A DNA stretch of 64,000 nt, from assembly GCF_037042905.1 (NCBI RefSeq), contig NC_087250.1, positions 11,906,001-11,970,000 on the forward strand, given 5' to 3'. Shown piece by piece: positions 39,749 through 51,675 of the stretch. The notes under the pieces were generated by a model. It saw nothing but the letters and a program-made list of their open reading frames with translations, did not search any database and was not told the origin of the DNA. Position 1 is the first letter of the stretch, and each line of letters begins with the position of its first letter. A program made the position numbers and the translations under genes. This stretch comes from Lytechinus pictus. Its lineage: Eukaryota.

Positions 39749-42700
39749 TTACACTCGCGACAATGTGTCTGCAATAATGTTGTCTTTTCCCGGTAGATGT
39801 CTAATGTTCAAGTTGTACTCTTGGAGCAGTAGACTCCACCTTGTAAGTCTTTGATTTTTGTTTTTCATCTTACTTAGAAACGTCAAAGGATTATGATCTG
39901 TCCATATGTCCAATGCATGTTGAGATCCACTCACATACACTTCAAAGTGTTGCAGTGCAAAGATTAACGCCAAAGTTTCCTTCTCCACAGTGGAATAATT
40001 TCTCTGACTGCTCGAAAACTTCCTTGAGAAGAACGATATGGGCCTGTCTGTTCCCTGTTCATCTTTCTGCGTAAGAACAGCTCCGGCACCCACATCACTA
40101 GCGTCAACCATCAGAGAGAATGGCTGACTAAAATCTGGAGCCACCAGTACAGGATTGGTAGATAGGAGTGCTTTCACCTTGTCAAAAGCACTCTGACAGT
40201 CACTGGACCAGATGAACTTCACCTCCTTGCGTAGTAGATTGGTCAGCGGGGCGACGACATCAGAGAAGTTATGGCAGAATCGTCTGTAGTAGCCTGCCAT
40301 GCCAAGAAACCTCATCAGTCCCTTCCGGTTGGTTGGAGTCGGGAACGCCAGAATAGCTTCTACCTTCGCTGAGAGTGGTCGAACATGACCTGAACCAACA
40401 ACGTGACCCAAGAAACTAACAGTAGCACCTCCAAACTCACTCTTTGCCAAGTTGACTGTCAATTTGGCATCAGACAATCTCCTGAACAAATCTCTAATTC
40501 TTTGTACATGAACTTCCCAATCTTCACTATACACAATCAAGTCATCTATGTAAGCTTCACAGCCTTCAAGACGAGAGACAAGACTATTCACAAGTCTTTG
40601 GAATGTAGCCGGCGCGTTTTTCATACCGAATAGCATCACAGTGTACTGGAATAGGCCTTGGTGTGTAGCAAATGCAGAGATTTCTTGCGCTCTCTTAGTC
40701 AACGGAATCTGCCAATAGCCTTTAAGCAGATCAAATTTGCTCACATACTTCGCCTTTCCTATACGGTCAATACAGTCATCTACGCGCGGTATCGGGAAAG
40801 AATCGGTCTTTGTACTCGAATTGACTTTTCTGTAGTCAGTACAGAAACGATATGACTTATCCGGTTTCGGAACTAAGATGCATGGTGACGACCATGCGCT
40901 GCTACTTGGCTCGATGATGCCATTCTGCAGCATGTACTCTATTTCTTTTTCAAGATTCTTCTTCTTTACTGGGTTAACACGATAAGGCGCCTGCTTGATT
41001 GGGGCGGTATCTCCCACATCAACATCATGTTCAACAACATCAATACGAGATGGGATATCTGCAAATAACTGCGGATACTCATTCAACAGCTCTTTCACAT
41101 CCCTCCTCTCCTTCTCAGACAAGTGGGTTAGTTTGTCATTGATGTGTCTTAGAACTTCTGAATTTTTCAATTTCACACATGGTTCATCTCTCTCAATGTT
41201 ACACATCTCTTCACTTTCATCATTCAGCTCAGATTCTACAGCACTCAACACTGGTTGTGCTCTCTTTTCATCATCTCTTCGAACATAAGCTTTTATCATA
41301 TTCACATGACATACACGCTTTCTCTTTCTTCTATCTGGAGTTTTGACGACATAGTCAACATCACCAACTTTCTTCAGAATGGTATACGGTCCAGTAAATC
41401 TAGCCTGCAAAGCATTACCAACTACTGGTAACAAAACCAAAACCTCATCACCTGCCTTGAAATTCCTTTCCTTGGACTTCTTGTCATACCAAGACTTCAT
41501 TTTCTCCTGAGAATCAGACAAATTCTTCTTAGCAACTTCACAAGCACGATGCAATCTCTCACGGAAAGACGATACATAGTCCAACATATTCACATCTTCC
41601 TCATCTGACAACAACCTTTCACTCAACAACCTGAGGGGTCCACGAACTTCATGTCCATACACGAGCTGAAATGGGCTGAAACCAAGAGATTCTTGAACAG
41701 ATTCTCTCAAAGCAAATAGCAACAATGGAATTCCCTCATCCCATTGTTTCTCTGTCTCCAAACAATATGTTTTGAGCATGTTCTTGAGTGTCTTATGACA
41801 TCTCTCAAGTGCTCCTTGCGATTCAGGATGGTATGCACTAGAAACTACATGTTCAATCCCTAACTGCCTGAGCACTTGCTTAAAGACTTTCGACATAAAG
41901 TTTGATCCTTGATCAGACTGAACGGTACGCGGTAATCCTACAGTCGTGGAAAACTTGATCAGCGCCTTGCTCACATTGTTTGCGGTGATGCGTCTAAGTG
42001 GAATCGCTTCGACATACCTGTTACTTGCGCACATAATGGTAAACAGGAATTCATTACCTGCTTTTGTCCTCGGAAGCGGACCTACGCAATCTATGATAAT
42101 TCTTGCAAACGGTTCATCGAACGCTGGCACTGGTTTTAATGGCGCGACTGGTATTTTCTGATTCGGTTTACCAACTACCTGACATACATGACAATTTCTG
42201 CAATAGTTTGCAACATCCTTTTGTAAACCTGGCCAAAAGAAATGAGAAAGGATTTCCAAACTTCATCAGCAGGAACATCTATCGGCCTCCACTTTCTCAT
42301 CAAAACACCTGACTTCGTATAATAACAAACAGGCACGGTCAATGCCTCCTCCTCAGAGATCGCTCTCTCAAACATGGATACTAACTGAGGATCTTTTTGT
42401 TGCTCCTCCAACAACTTACTCTTACTTATCGGCATTGGTTCACATTTATTTTTCTCTTCTGTACGTTGAGTTTCTCCTGCACCCTCATTCACATTTGATT
42501 CACATTCATCATCAACCAAACGACAAAAGAAATAATCTCCCAAGTTAACCTCATCTAGCTCACTAGACTTCGATTCAGACTCTACTTTCTTTGCCATCGA
42601 ACGAGTTACAGCACAAGACGGAAACACAGTAGGAAATTCTGCAACCAACTGCTCTGTTTCACTACTCTCACACGGAATATCACACAACTGGACATGGCAC
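39749..42700 (-). pseudogene. pol: Pol: integrase, then RT, then RNase H; two lesions
   Basis: CRNCHVCQ, DCVGP, SDQGSNF, YHPESQGALER, GPY; FDLLKGYWQ, YIDD; DAS, EKE, TDH. Frameshift near 42685; the His-His half of the integrase HHCC motif is missing near 42255. Confidence 0.9.
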
Positions 42701-44194
42701 AACTTTATCACCAGCAAGATCATTCCCTAAAATGATGGAAACATCTGCCATCGGAAGTGATGGTCTCACAGCTATTTTCACACTGCCAGAAACAAGGTCT
42801 GATTTCAAGTCTACCACATGAAGGGGTGCTTTTACAAAGCCATCTCCTATTCCTTGGAGCAAAACACTAGTTCCAACACAAGATTTCTCACCAAAAGGCA
42901 ACACACTCTCCAAAATCAAAGACTGAGAAGAACCAGTATCACGCAACACTTTCACTTTTCTTGCTTCGACACTACCAGCTAGGGAAACATATCCTACAGA
43001 AACAAACGGTTCATATTGCTTTTTCACTTTCTCTAAGTTAACTGGCTCAATCCTACTCTCTGAACTTAGCAAATTATTCACAAATGCATTTGGATGTGCA
43101 TTACTTGATTCACTTGTTTCTCCTTTAAGTGTAGGACACTTTGCTTTAAAATGACCAACCTTGTGACATGCATAGCATTTCTTTTCTTGCTCGTCATCTT
43201 TAGATTGTGATTTTACTTCTTTCTTGTTGTGTGCTGAAGCACCATTTTTGTTTTTGTTTTTCCACTTTCCAGATTTGTTTGTCTCATCTGATTTTTTGTT
43301 TGTGATTTTGTGCGTTAGCGCATAATCATCTGCAAGCTTCGCTGCTTCATTAAGCGTTCCTATTTGCTGCTCTTCAAGATGCAACCTAGCATCGAAATGC
43401 ACACTACGCTTAAACTCTTCGAGAAGAATTATTTCTCTAAGCTTATCAAAGCTATCTGCATGGAGTGACGAACTCCATCTATCAAACAACTGTTGTTTGC
43501 GCCTAGCAAACTCAAGATGAGTTTCGGTCTCATCTTTGCGCGTTTTCCGAAATTGTTGACGATACGCATCCGGTACAAGCTCATAAGCACGCAACACTGC
43601 TGCTTTAACAACGTCATAACGACCCGCATCATCAACTGACAAAGCTGAATAAGCATCTCGAGCTTTACCCTTCAACTGAGATCGTAACAAGTGTGACCAT
43701 TTTTCTTGCGGCCAACTCAAACTAACAGCTACCTTTTCAAAGTGAAGGAAATATTTCTCTATCTCCTCCCCCTCCTGAAAAACGGGAACCATTCGAACAT
43801 GTTTCGCAACATCAAAATCAGACTTTACTTGCCTAATTTCTTCTCGTTCTCTAGCATTCTCATGCCCCCTTCTCAAAACTACTTGTTCTCGTTCAAGTTC
43901 AACTTTCGCTATCTCTAGTTCCAACTCTTTCAAACGCAATTTCTCTGTCAAGTCCACATTCACAGACTCAATCTGAACCTTAGATAAAGCTTCAAGTGGC
44001 AGAACATCTTCCTCTTCCACTAACCACTGAATTACAGCTTTCAGAATTTCTAATTTACGCCAAGTATTCCTTACCTCAGCAACCTGGTAATGATGAGCAA
44101 TCTCCAAGAGATGAACCTTCTTCAGAACCAGCAACTTCTCAACACTGGGAGAATCAACGAAATCATCCAAAGAAAATTCCGCCATGGTCAACAA
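42680..44194 (-). CDS. gag: Gag (capsid/SCAN-like, CCHC knuckle) fused to aspartic protease
   Basis: YFLHFEKVA..W..W; LEEFK...AAKLADDY; CYACHKVGHFKAKC; LRDTGSSQS; ILGND. Ends at a frameshift. Confidence 0.88.
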   Translation of the reverse strand: MLTMAEFSLDDFVDSPSVEKLLVLKKVHLLEIAHHYQVAEVRNTWRKLEILKAVIQWLVEEEDVLPLEALSKVQIESVNVDLTEKLRLKELELEIAKVELEREQVVLRRGHENAREREEIRQVKSDFDVAKHVRMVPVFQEGEEIEKYFLHFEKVAVSLSWPQEKWSHLLRSQLKGKARDAYSALSVDDAGRYDVVKAAVLRAYELVPDAYRQQFRKTRKDETETHLEFARRKQQLFDRWSSSLHADSFDKLREIILLEEFKRSVHFDARLHLEEQQIGTLNEAAKLADDYALTHKITNKKSDETNKSGKWKNKNKNGASAHNKKEVKSQSKDDEQEKKCYACHKVGHFKAKCPTLKGETSESSNAHPNAFVNNLLSSESRIEPVNLEKVKKQYEPFVSVGYVSLAGSVEARKVKVLRDTGSSQSLILESVLPFGEKSCVGTSVLLQGIGDGFVKAPLHVVDLKSDLVSGSVKIAVRPSLPMADVSIILGNDLAGDKVVPCPVV

Positions 44195-45414
44195 AAGACC
44201 CCTAATCTTTAACGCTGAAAAGACTAGAAACAGCTAAAGAAAACCTTTAATTCTTAGCCAAGACAATAACCAATATGGTTATCACAGTTGAAAATTATAT
44301 CAATAACATAAGAAAATGTCAACCTGACCTGGCTGACCCTGTATATATGACCTCAACCTACAGAAACGGTAACCTGACTCGGTCACCCCAGTTGAAAATT
44401 TTTCCAACCACACTGTCAACTTGACTCCAGTCGACACTGTCAGTTCCCATCAACCGACACAGCAACAACAAAAAAATGGTTAACCAGTTGAAATATCATC
44501 AACCCAAATTTCATTCAACACTACGTGAACTAAACACATCGCACAGCAAGACACACTGAAATACATGGAATTGCCTCATGGGACAAACAGCACGCCATAC
44601 TCTACCGTGTGCGCCACCACACAGCGTCATACACAACACACTGACAGCGATATCCACACACTGGCATTACATCTACGTGTACACACACCCATGCAAATGT
44701 CTAATGACAATCCTCACGTTGAATACGATTGCACAATACATGTACGTTCATGCGACTTTGCCGCGCCGGCATTATACGGTATACGGAACTTCGATACAAC
44801 TTACGCCGAGAGTTCTGGTTCGACTCTCACCAAGCCCCCACTGTTACGCGGGGGAATTGACTCCGGACATGCCCCCACTGTTACGTTTGCTGGTCCGGAC
44901 AAGCTCTTCCTATGACCTGTCTTGGACAAACTCCTACGTAAACCTCCTGAATCCTGTTTTCCATTCAGACAATCATGAACTAGAAAACAAGCCACGCTGT
45001 GTCAAATCGTTTAAAACACAGTTTATTTACAAAATGTACACATGACGATTCAGATTCACAAGTCCGTTGTTCACATAGCGATATATCCTTTTTCTAATCT
45101 TCTCTCCAGACCCAAAACACATATTATTATCTCGTCACATCACTCAATTCATCTCAGCAGAAAAGGTGCGTGAACATGATTCACAAGGAGATTCAGAGAG
45201 TGACGAAGAGTTTGAAGATGCTGATACGCGTGAAGATGAGGAGCAAGAGTACTCCGATATGTCAGCAGATTCCCCCAAACTACCGAAGGATGGGAAAAAG
45301 TTCGCCAAGGGTAAGCGGAAACAAAAAATCAGGAGCAAACCAGCCAAAAAGAAATAGGAAGCTGCTTCCGATTTCTGACAATAACAGAGTGTAAATAGTG
45401 TAAATAAATCACCT

Positions 45415-48400
45415 ATGCCAGGAATAAAAAACAAATACTGCAACTTGATTAGTTTGAATGTTAGAGGTATCAGAAGTAAAGAAAAAAGAGACACAATCCT
45501 GTTATGGAGCAAGCATCAGAAAACAGACATATTGTTATTACAAGAAACTTATTGGACAGATAATATTTTGAAAATCATTCGAAATGAATGGAAAGGGCAA
45601 GTTTTTTGTTCAAATGGATCTAATCATGCCAGAGGAGTCGCCATTCTTATTTCAAAAGATTTACCAATAACTTTCAATAACATAATTTATGGTCAAGAAG
45701 GACGGATGATTATGTTAAATAGTATGATTAGTAATTGTAATCTATGTATAGTAAATATTTATGCACCCACAGAAAAGAAATACAGAGAACGATTCTTCAA
45801 AAAGCTTTATAGGTGGATCGAGTCGAACAGACCTCTAGATAGCGAGTTAGTAATAGGTGGAGACTTTCATTCCATCCTCTCCCCAACTAAAGACGTAAAA
45901 AGAAATCCGAATACTTATTATAAGACACCACACAATCTTAAAGCTATTATCAAACATTTTGATTTATGTGATATATGGAGACGTTTTAATCCAAACAAAC
46001 GACAGTTTACTTGGAGAAATGTATCTTTAGATTTGGCATCACGCCTTGATTATTGGCTGGTAAATAAGAATCTGAAAGCAAAAATAATGATGTGTGATAT
46101 ACGTCCATCTGTACGTTGTGACCACAACGCTATTTTTTTAAGGTGTTGATAGGTAAAGTGGAGAAAGGTCCAGGATTCTGGAAATTAAATACGCATATTC
46201 TGAAAGATGATGTGTATAAAAGTAAAGTAAGAAAAATTATTAGAAACATTGAAAATATGAATCTTAGTTTCTCTGAAAGATGGGAACTTACAAAGATTAG
46301 ATGTCGTGAATTTACACAAACATACTGTATTGGAAAGAAGCATAAATCAAAAGAATCAAAGACAAGCTTAGAAGAAAGATTTGCTAAGATAACTAGGAAA
46401 ATTGATGAACAAGGTAACATTGATGATGTGACTAGAAAAGAGTACCTCTGTATTAAAAGTGATTTAGATAGACTGTATAAAAGATATTGTAAAGCAGCAA
46501 GTATACGAGCTAGAATCAAATGGCTAGAAAAGGGCGAAAAAAATACAAAATATTTTCTGAGTCTAGAAAAGAAAAACGCCCAGAAAAGAAATATAACTAA
46601 AATACGAAAAGATAATAAGATTATTACGAAACGAGTACAGATTCTAAATGAGGTTGTTTCTTTTTACAAAGAACTATACGCCAGTAAACATATACGAAAA
46701 GAAGATATTGAAAGATATTTTGTAGGTTCCGTTGTAAATAAGTTATATGAAACAGACAAAGAAAAATGTGAAGGACTGTTAACATATTCAGAATGTCGAA
46801 TTGATGCTTTTAAGATGAGCAAAAACAAAAGTCCGGGAGCAGACGGTTTACCCGTCGAATTCTTTTTCGAGTTTTGGGACGATATTTAATTTATGTTGGT
46901 CAATGCTCTAAATGAAAATTGTAGTAATAAGGTTATGTCAAAAACCCAACGGTTAGGAATTATTACGTTGATTCACAAAAAAGGACAGATTGAAGATTTG
47001 AATAACTGGAGGCCAATAACCTTGTTAAATTACGACTACAAAATAATGGCGGCTGCCTTATCAAACAGGTTACATAAAGTGTTATCAAAACTTGTTCATG
47101 AAAATCAGGTAGGTTACATAAAAAACAGAATGAGTGGTTTTAATATTAGACTTACGCAAGATGTTTTTGATTATATGAAAAAGTACAATTTAGAAGGTGC
47201 CTTAATGTTAGTTGACTTTCGGAAGGCATTCGACTCCGTGGAATTTGATTTTATTGAAAGCTGTTTGAGTCATTTTAATTTCGGCGAAGACTTCCGATGT
47301 TGGGTTAAATTAATGTATGAAAAAGTGGAGAGTTCGATACTAATCAATGGTTGGAGAACGCAAACATTTCAGATCTGTAGATAGAGGCATAAGACAAGGC
47401 TGCCCCCTATCGGCAATGTTGTTTATCTTGGTGGTAGAAACCCTAGCAGAAAGAATCAGAAGAAATGACAAAATTAAAGGAATTCTATTTGGACACAACA
47501 AAAGAACAGAATTAAAAATCTTACAATATGCAGACGATACATCTGTGTTTTTGAGAGAGAAATCGTCTATGCAATATATTATGGAAGAATTAGATAAATT
47601 TGGACATGTGGCCGGGCCGGTTGTTAATAAAGACAAAACAATGCTGAAATGGTTAGGCTCTACGGAAACTTATTGGAATTTTGATAAATATGGTTTGAAG
47701 TGGACGAAAGGTTGTATTAAATATTTAGGAGTTCATATAGACCATGACCTAGATAAGGTTGTGAAATTGAACTGGGAAACCAAATTACAAAAGATACAGA
47801 GAATCCTGGACAATTGGAGGAAAAGAGATCTCACAATTATAGGAAGAGTCCTTATCATCAAGACTCTACTTGTAAGTCAAATAATTCATTTAATTATGTT
47901 TTGTCCAGTTCCTCACCAGATAGTAAAGAAACTGGAGAATATAATTTACCATTTTTTATGGAACGCGAAAGTTGACAAAGTTAAGAGAATGACAATTGTA
48001 AAGGAATATGAGGATGGTGGTATTAGAATGATCGACATTCAGAAATTAATACAGAGTTTCAGATTGAAATGGTTGGCGAGAATAGTTGACGATACAAGTG
48101 GTTATTGGACAGATTTTGCTTTATTGAATTTGGAATCAGTAGGGGGTGTCAGACTAGTTCTTAACCGTACTATGGATAATCACAGATAGAAAAATGGTTT
48201 GTTAACAAATTGCCAAAATTTTATGTTGAGATTATAAAATCATGGTCACACTTGAAAGAATCCACAAAAAAGATGATTTGTTATCGAACACACAGATTCT
48301 ATGGTATAATAAATATATTGTATATCATAATCAACCATTTTTCTATAGAGATTGGTACGCTAGCAAAATAATTTTTCTGAAAGATATTTGTATCGAAGGA

Positions 48401-49196
48401 AAATTTGTATCTCTTACGAAACTGAAAGAATATTTTGAATCCGAGAAAACAAAAGCAAGAGCCCTGTTTGATTATTCTAAACTACAAAGGGCGATACCGA
48501 AAAATATGGTTGAATGATTTAACAGATGGTATTACGTTGGACATTCCAAAAATACCACTGAAGGGAAAAGACAAACAACTTAGGTTCTGTTCCAGCAAGC
48601 TATTTTACCACATTTTATTAACACATGACAAAACAAACGACGCTCCTACATATTGGGCTGACTTTGCCGATAGTCCTATAAATTGGAAGAATGTCTTTCA
48701 GAGAAATTTGAAAAATATAGGGGAAAACAAATTGAAACAATTCAATTTAAAATTGTTGTATAACTTAATTCCTACGAAGAGGATGTTGTTTTTATGGCAA
48801 TTGGACAATGATGATAAATGTGAAGTTTGTAATATCAAAGAAGATTTAATTCATGCTTTTTTGTATTGTAGTTTGAATATGCATTTCTTTTATAATTTAT
48901 TCATAATGATCAAAAATGTGTATGATGTAGACCTTTGTTTTCATGTCGATATTTTGTTGAAAAATTACAAAGAAAAGAAGATTGATGATATTATAACAAT
49001 AGCACTTTGGAGTATTTATAAGATGTTAATTTTTAGAAACTTACATAGAAAAGAAGAAAGAGAAAATAAATTATGGTTTACTTTTGTCAGAGAATTGAAA
49101 TTAAGATTAGATATCAATAAGATCATGAAGATTCTGAGGAAAAGAAGAAAGAAAGAAATGTATAATTTGCCTGTTGCTTTGGAAATGTATCTATGA
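45415..49196 (+). pseudogene. L1/Tx1 ORF2 (APE endonuclease, RT, C-terminal zinc motif), disrupted
   Basis: SLNVRG, LQET, NIYAP, GGDF, SRLDY, DH; KSPGADG, WRPITLLN, DFRKAFD, RQGCPLS, YADD, KYLG; CEVC..EDLIHAFLYC. Several frameshifts plus an in-frame stop at 46887. Confidence 0.92.
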
Positions 49197-50182
49197 GTTT
49201 TGTTTAAAAACGATGTGTATATGAAATGAATTTTTGTTGAAAATAAATGCCCCTGTTATGGGTGAAAGAGAGAAAAAAAGTTATACATGGAAGAGAAGTG
49301 CAGTGTCAACCAGCATCATGGTAAGCTGCATCTCCCTTCTAAAGAGCAACTACGCCAGGTTACAATCTGGATAGGAAAACTTGCAAGTCTCTCGGGGAGA
49401 ATACAAAGATGATAACAGCAAAGATTTAATTTCACATATCATTTCACATATCATGTAAAAACTCCTCAATGCTCTAACCTCAGTCAGGAATATACTAGCC
49501 AAAAACACCTGAGGCCCGTTTCATAAAAAATTGCAACTGTTGCAACTGCAATTGCAACTGGTGTAAGTGACAACAGTTGTATCTTTTTATGAAACGGGCC
49601 CCTGGAGTCAGTTTCATAAAGATTTAGAACTATACAGATGATATAGTTTTGTTCTTTTTAACAGATCGTTTGGGTAAAGATCGCAGATCTCAACATTTGA
49701 CTGCTGAGGAAAGTGAAAGGTCAATTTCCTCAAAATATCAATTATTTATCGTATTAACCAGTGATGCAGAGTACCAATATTTTTACATTTTAAGGTCAAT
49801 CATCTTTAGAGATCCTCAAATTTCAAACATAAGTTGATATTAAAACTAATTTAACATGAACATGTTAATCAAGAACTATGGATGCAAAACATCAATATTC
49901 TGATATTTTAAAGTCATTGACCTTAAAATCATTGTCCTCAAGAGGTCAGGAGAGGTCAAATCTGAATTGCATTATAATTTTTAAATGAAGCCTATGGTAA
50001 GATATAACACTAGTGAAAGCTAAATGCGTTAATCATTATTTTAAAAAGTGCTATGACCAGACCAGTGTTTTTACTATAATTTTTTTTAAATGAAAAATTC
50101 TCACGATGGCCTCCATTTTGGATTTATGCAAATTTATGCAAGATAGATTAGAATTATTTCCACTTCGTTGATTTTTATGGAC

Positions 50183-50892
50183 TTTTTGTCTCGCCCACCA
50201 GAGGTGAAGGCGAGACTTAGGGATCCAAATGTCGTCCATCGTCCGTCCGTCATCTGTCTTCCGTCCGTCGTCCGTCCGTCACAAACCTTATGACACATAA
50301 CTCCACAACCGTTAGTCACTTTTCAATCAAACTTGGATCATGGTAGATGGACTTGGGAGACCTGCATGTTATGCTGCAGTCGGAGGTCACAGGGTAAGGT
50401 CAAAAGTCATTTTCAGGTCAAGGTTAAAGTTTGCATGCAAGACTCTCGTATGACACCTAACTCCGCAACCGTAAGTCACTTTTCAACCAAACTTGGATGG
50501 TAGATGGACTTGGGCGACCTGCATGTTATGCTGCAGTCGGAGGTCACAGGGTAAGGTCAAAAGTCATTTTCAGGTCAAGGTTAAAGTTTGCATGCAAGAC
50601 TCTCGTATGACACCTAACTCCGCAACCGTAAGTCACTTTTCAACCAAACTTGGATGGTAGATGGACTTGGGGGGCCTGCATGTTATGCTGCAGTCGTAGG
50701 TCACATGGTATGGTCAAAGTAAATTTTTAGGTCAACATTAAAGTTTACGTGCAAGACTCTTATGACAAGTGTTATTCCATCCCAGTCATTTCACAATGAA
50801 ATTTCTATACAATTCGTTGCCTGCCCCCGCAAACCACGATATTTCTGGTTATTTTTATAAGTGGGCGAGACACAAAATCGCTTTTGCCTTGT
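50183..50892 (+). mobile_element. HINE/DINE-1-like non-autonomous Helentron-type element
   Basis: Sub-TIRs TGTCTCGCCCAC (50187) / GTGGGCGAGACA (50861); inner IR GGCGAGAC (50209); (CCGT)n microsatellite; about three 157-bp core repeats; 3' hairpin CAAAATCGCTTTTG; T-run at the insertion site. Confidence 0.8.
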
Positions 50893-50987
50893 ATGTAATT
50901 TTGGAGACATTATGGAAATGCATTCTGTTGAAATAAATTGTACGAGAGGCCTGTTAATCATAAACCACTGATGCTAAGTATCAATAT

Positions 50988-51675
50988 TGTAGCGAACCCG
51001 TTTGCTACGGTTTTTGGTTATAATGCAGTAAACGTAGATGGCGCTATAGCTTTTGGTGCGTTAGAACTCAATGATCGACTTACGCAACGCACTGCGTAAG
51101 GCAGCTCTCGGAGACTATAAATAGCGGAGTTTCGCAGTGATCTCGTCACTTCGACGCTGGCGGAGGTCGGAGTCGGACGAAGAACTCCCTTCGCTCCTCT
51201 CAAACTGGGCTGAATCAAGAAAAGGTTTGGAAATGAACATTGCTCGCTTAATTTCTACTACTGCAAATACAAGTCTGGATAATTGGTGACGGTGTTAATG
51301 GTGATAACCTGTACAATTGCTGAACAATGATGTATAATTAAAATATGACCGTTGTCATACACCAAATGTAATCATCGTCTCCAACCCGTGTGATCTATGG
51401 AATCCAATTGACTACTGCAGTATAAGCCTACCCATAGAGATTATACAGCCCCAATAGAAATCTCTGTTCAGACTACCCCTCAACACTCCACCCCCATATC
51501 TTTTGGGAAAACGGAACACGCCCAGGTCTCTACATAAAGCCATATTATACATATTATAAGGAAGCCGCTCGCATCAAAGATGGCTAGTAATTCATCAACG
51601 GATGAAGGTGATAGAGGCAAGGGACAGGCCGGCCCCCAGCATCCAGGACCCGTTCAAAGACGGAGGGCCGCCACA
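50988..51675 (+). mobile_element. Solo LTR (688 bp)
   Basis: TGTAGCG...CGCCACA ends; ATAT TSD; TATAAATA at 51116; the flanks rejoin into the host repeat seen at 33410-33475. Confidence 0.8.

Larger units (their letters stand above)
38416..45139 (-). mobile_element. Gmr1-like Ty3/Gypsy LTR retrotransposon
   Basis: 261-bp TG..CA LTRs (44879-45139, 38416-38676; about 7 substitutions by eye); TSD TCAC; tRNA-Pro-like PBS TGGGGGCATGTCCGG; PPT AAGGAAGGGAG; domain order gag-PR-IN-RT-RH. Confidence 0.93.
37469..45357 (+). pseudogene. L1/Tx1 ORF1 (RRM-like region + two CCHC knuckles), frameshifted and split by the Gypsy element
   Basis: GLQKIGGLWRIY; CSRCLSQGHHASRC and CRKCSQPGHKAMDC near 38111-38209. 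Removing the LTR element and one TSD restores NIT-QFISAEK in frame to the basic C-terminus. Confidence 0.85.
37281..49277 (+). mobile_element. Full-length decayed L1/Tx1-clade LINE
   Basis: TSD of 17-19 bp (AAGTTATACATGGAAGAGA at 37262-37280 and 49278-49296); ORF1, ORF2, short 3' UTR with AATAAA and A-rich end. Confidence 0.92.
36930..49420 (+). pseudogene. Old Vingi/Ingi-like LINE RT remnant (36930-37280 and 49297-49420), split by the L1/Tx1 element
   Basis: Broken frames give NPKTKVSLFHPHN, QYLGVTFDQS, KVRIHNNLLR and, after the insertion, PGYNLDRKTCKSL, resembling Vingi RT C-terminal motifs as I recall them. Confidence 0.55.
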
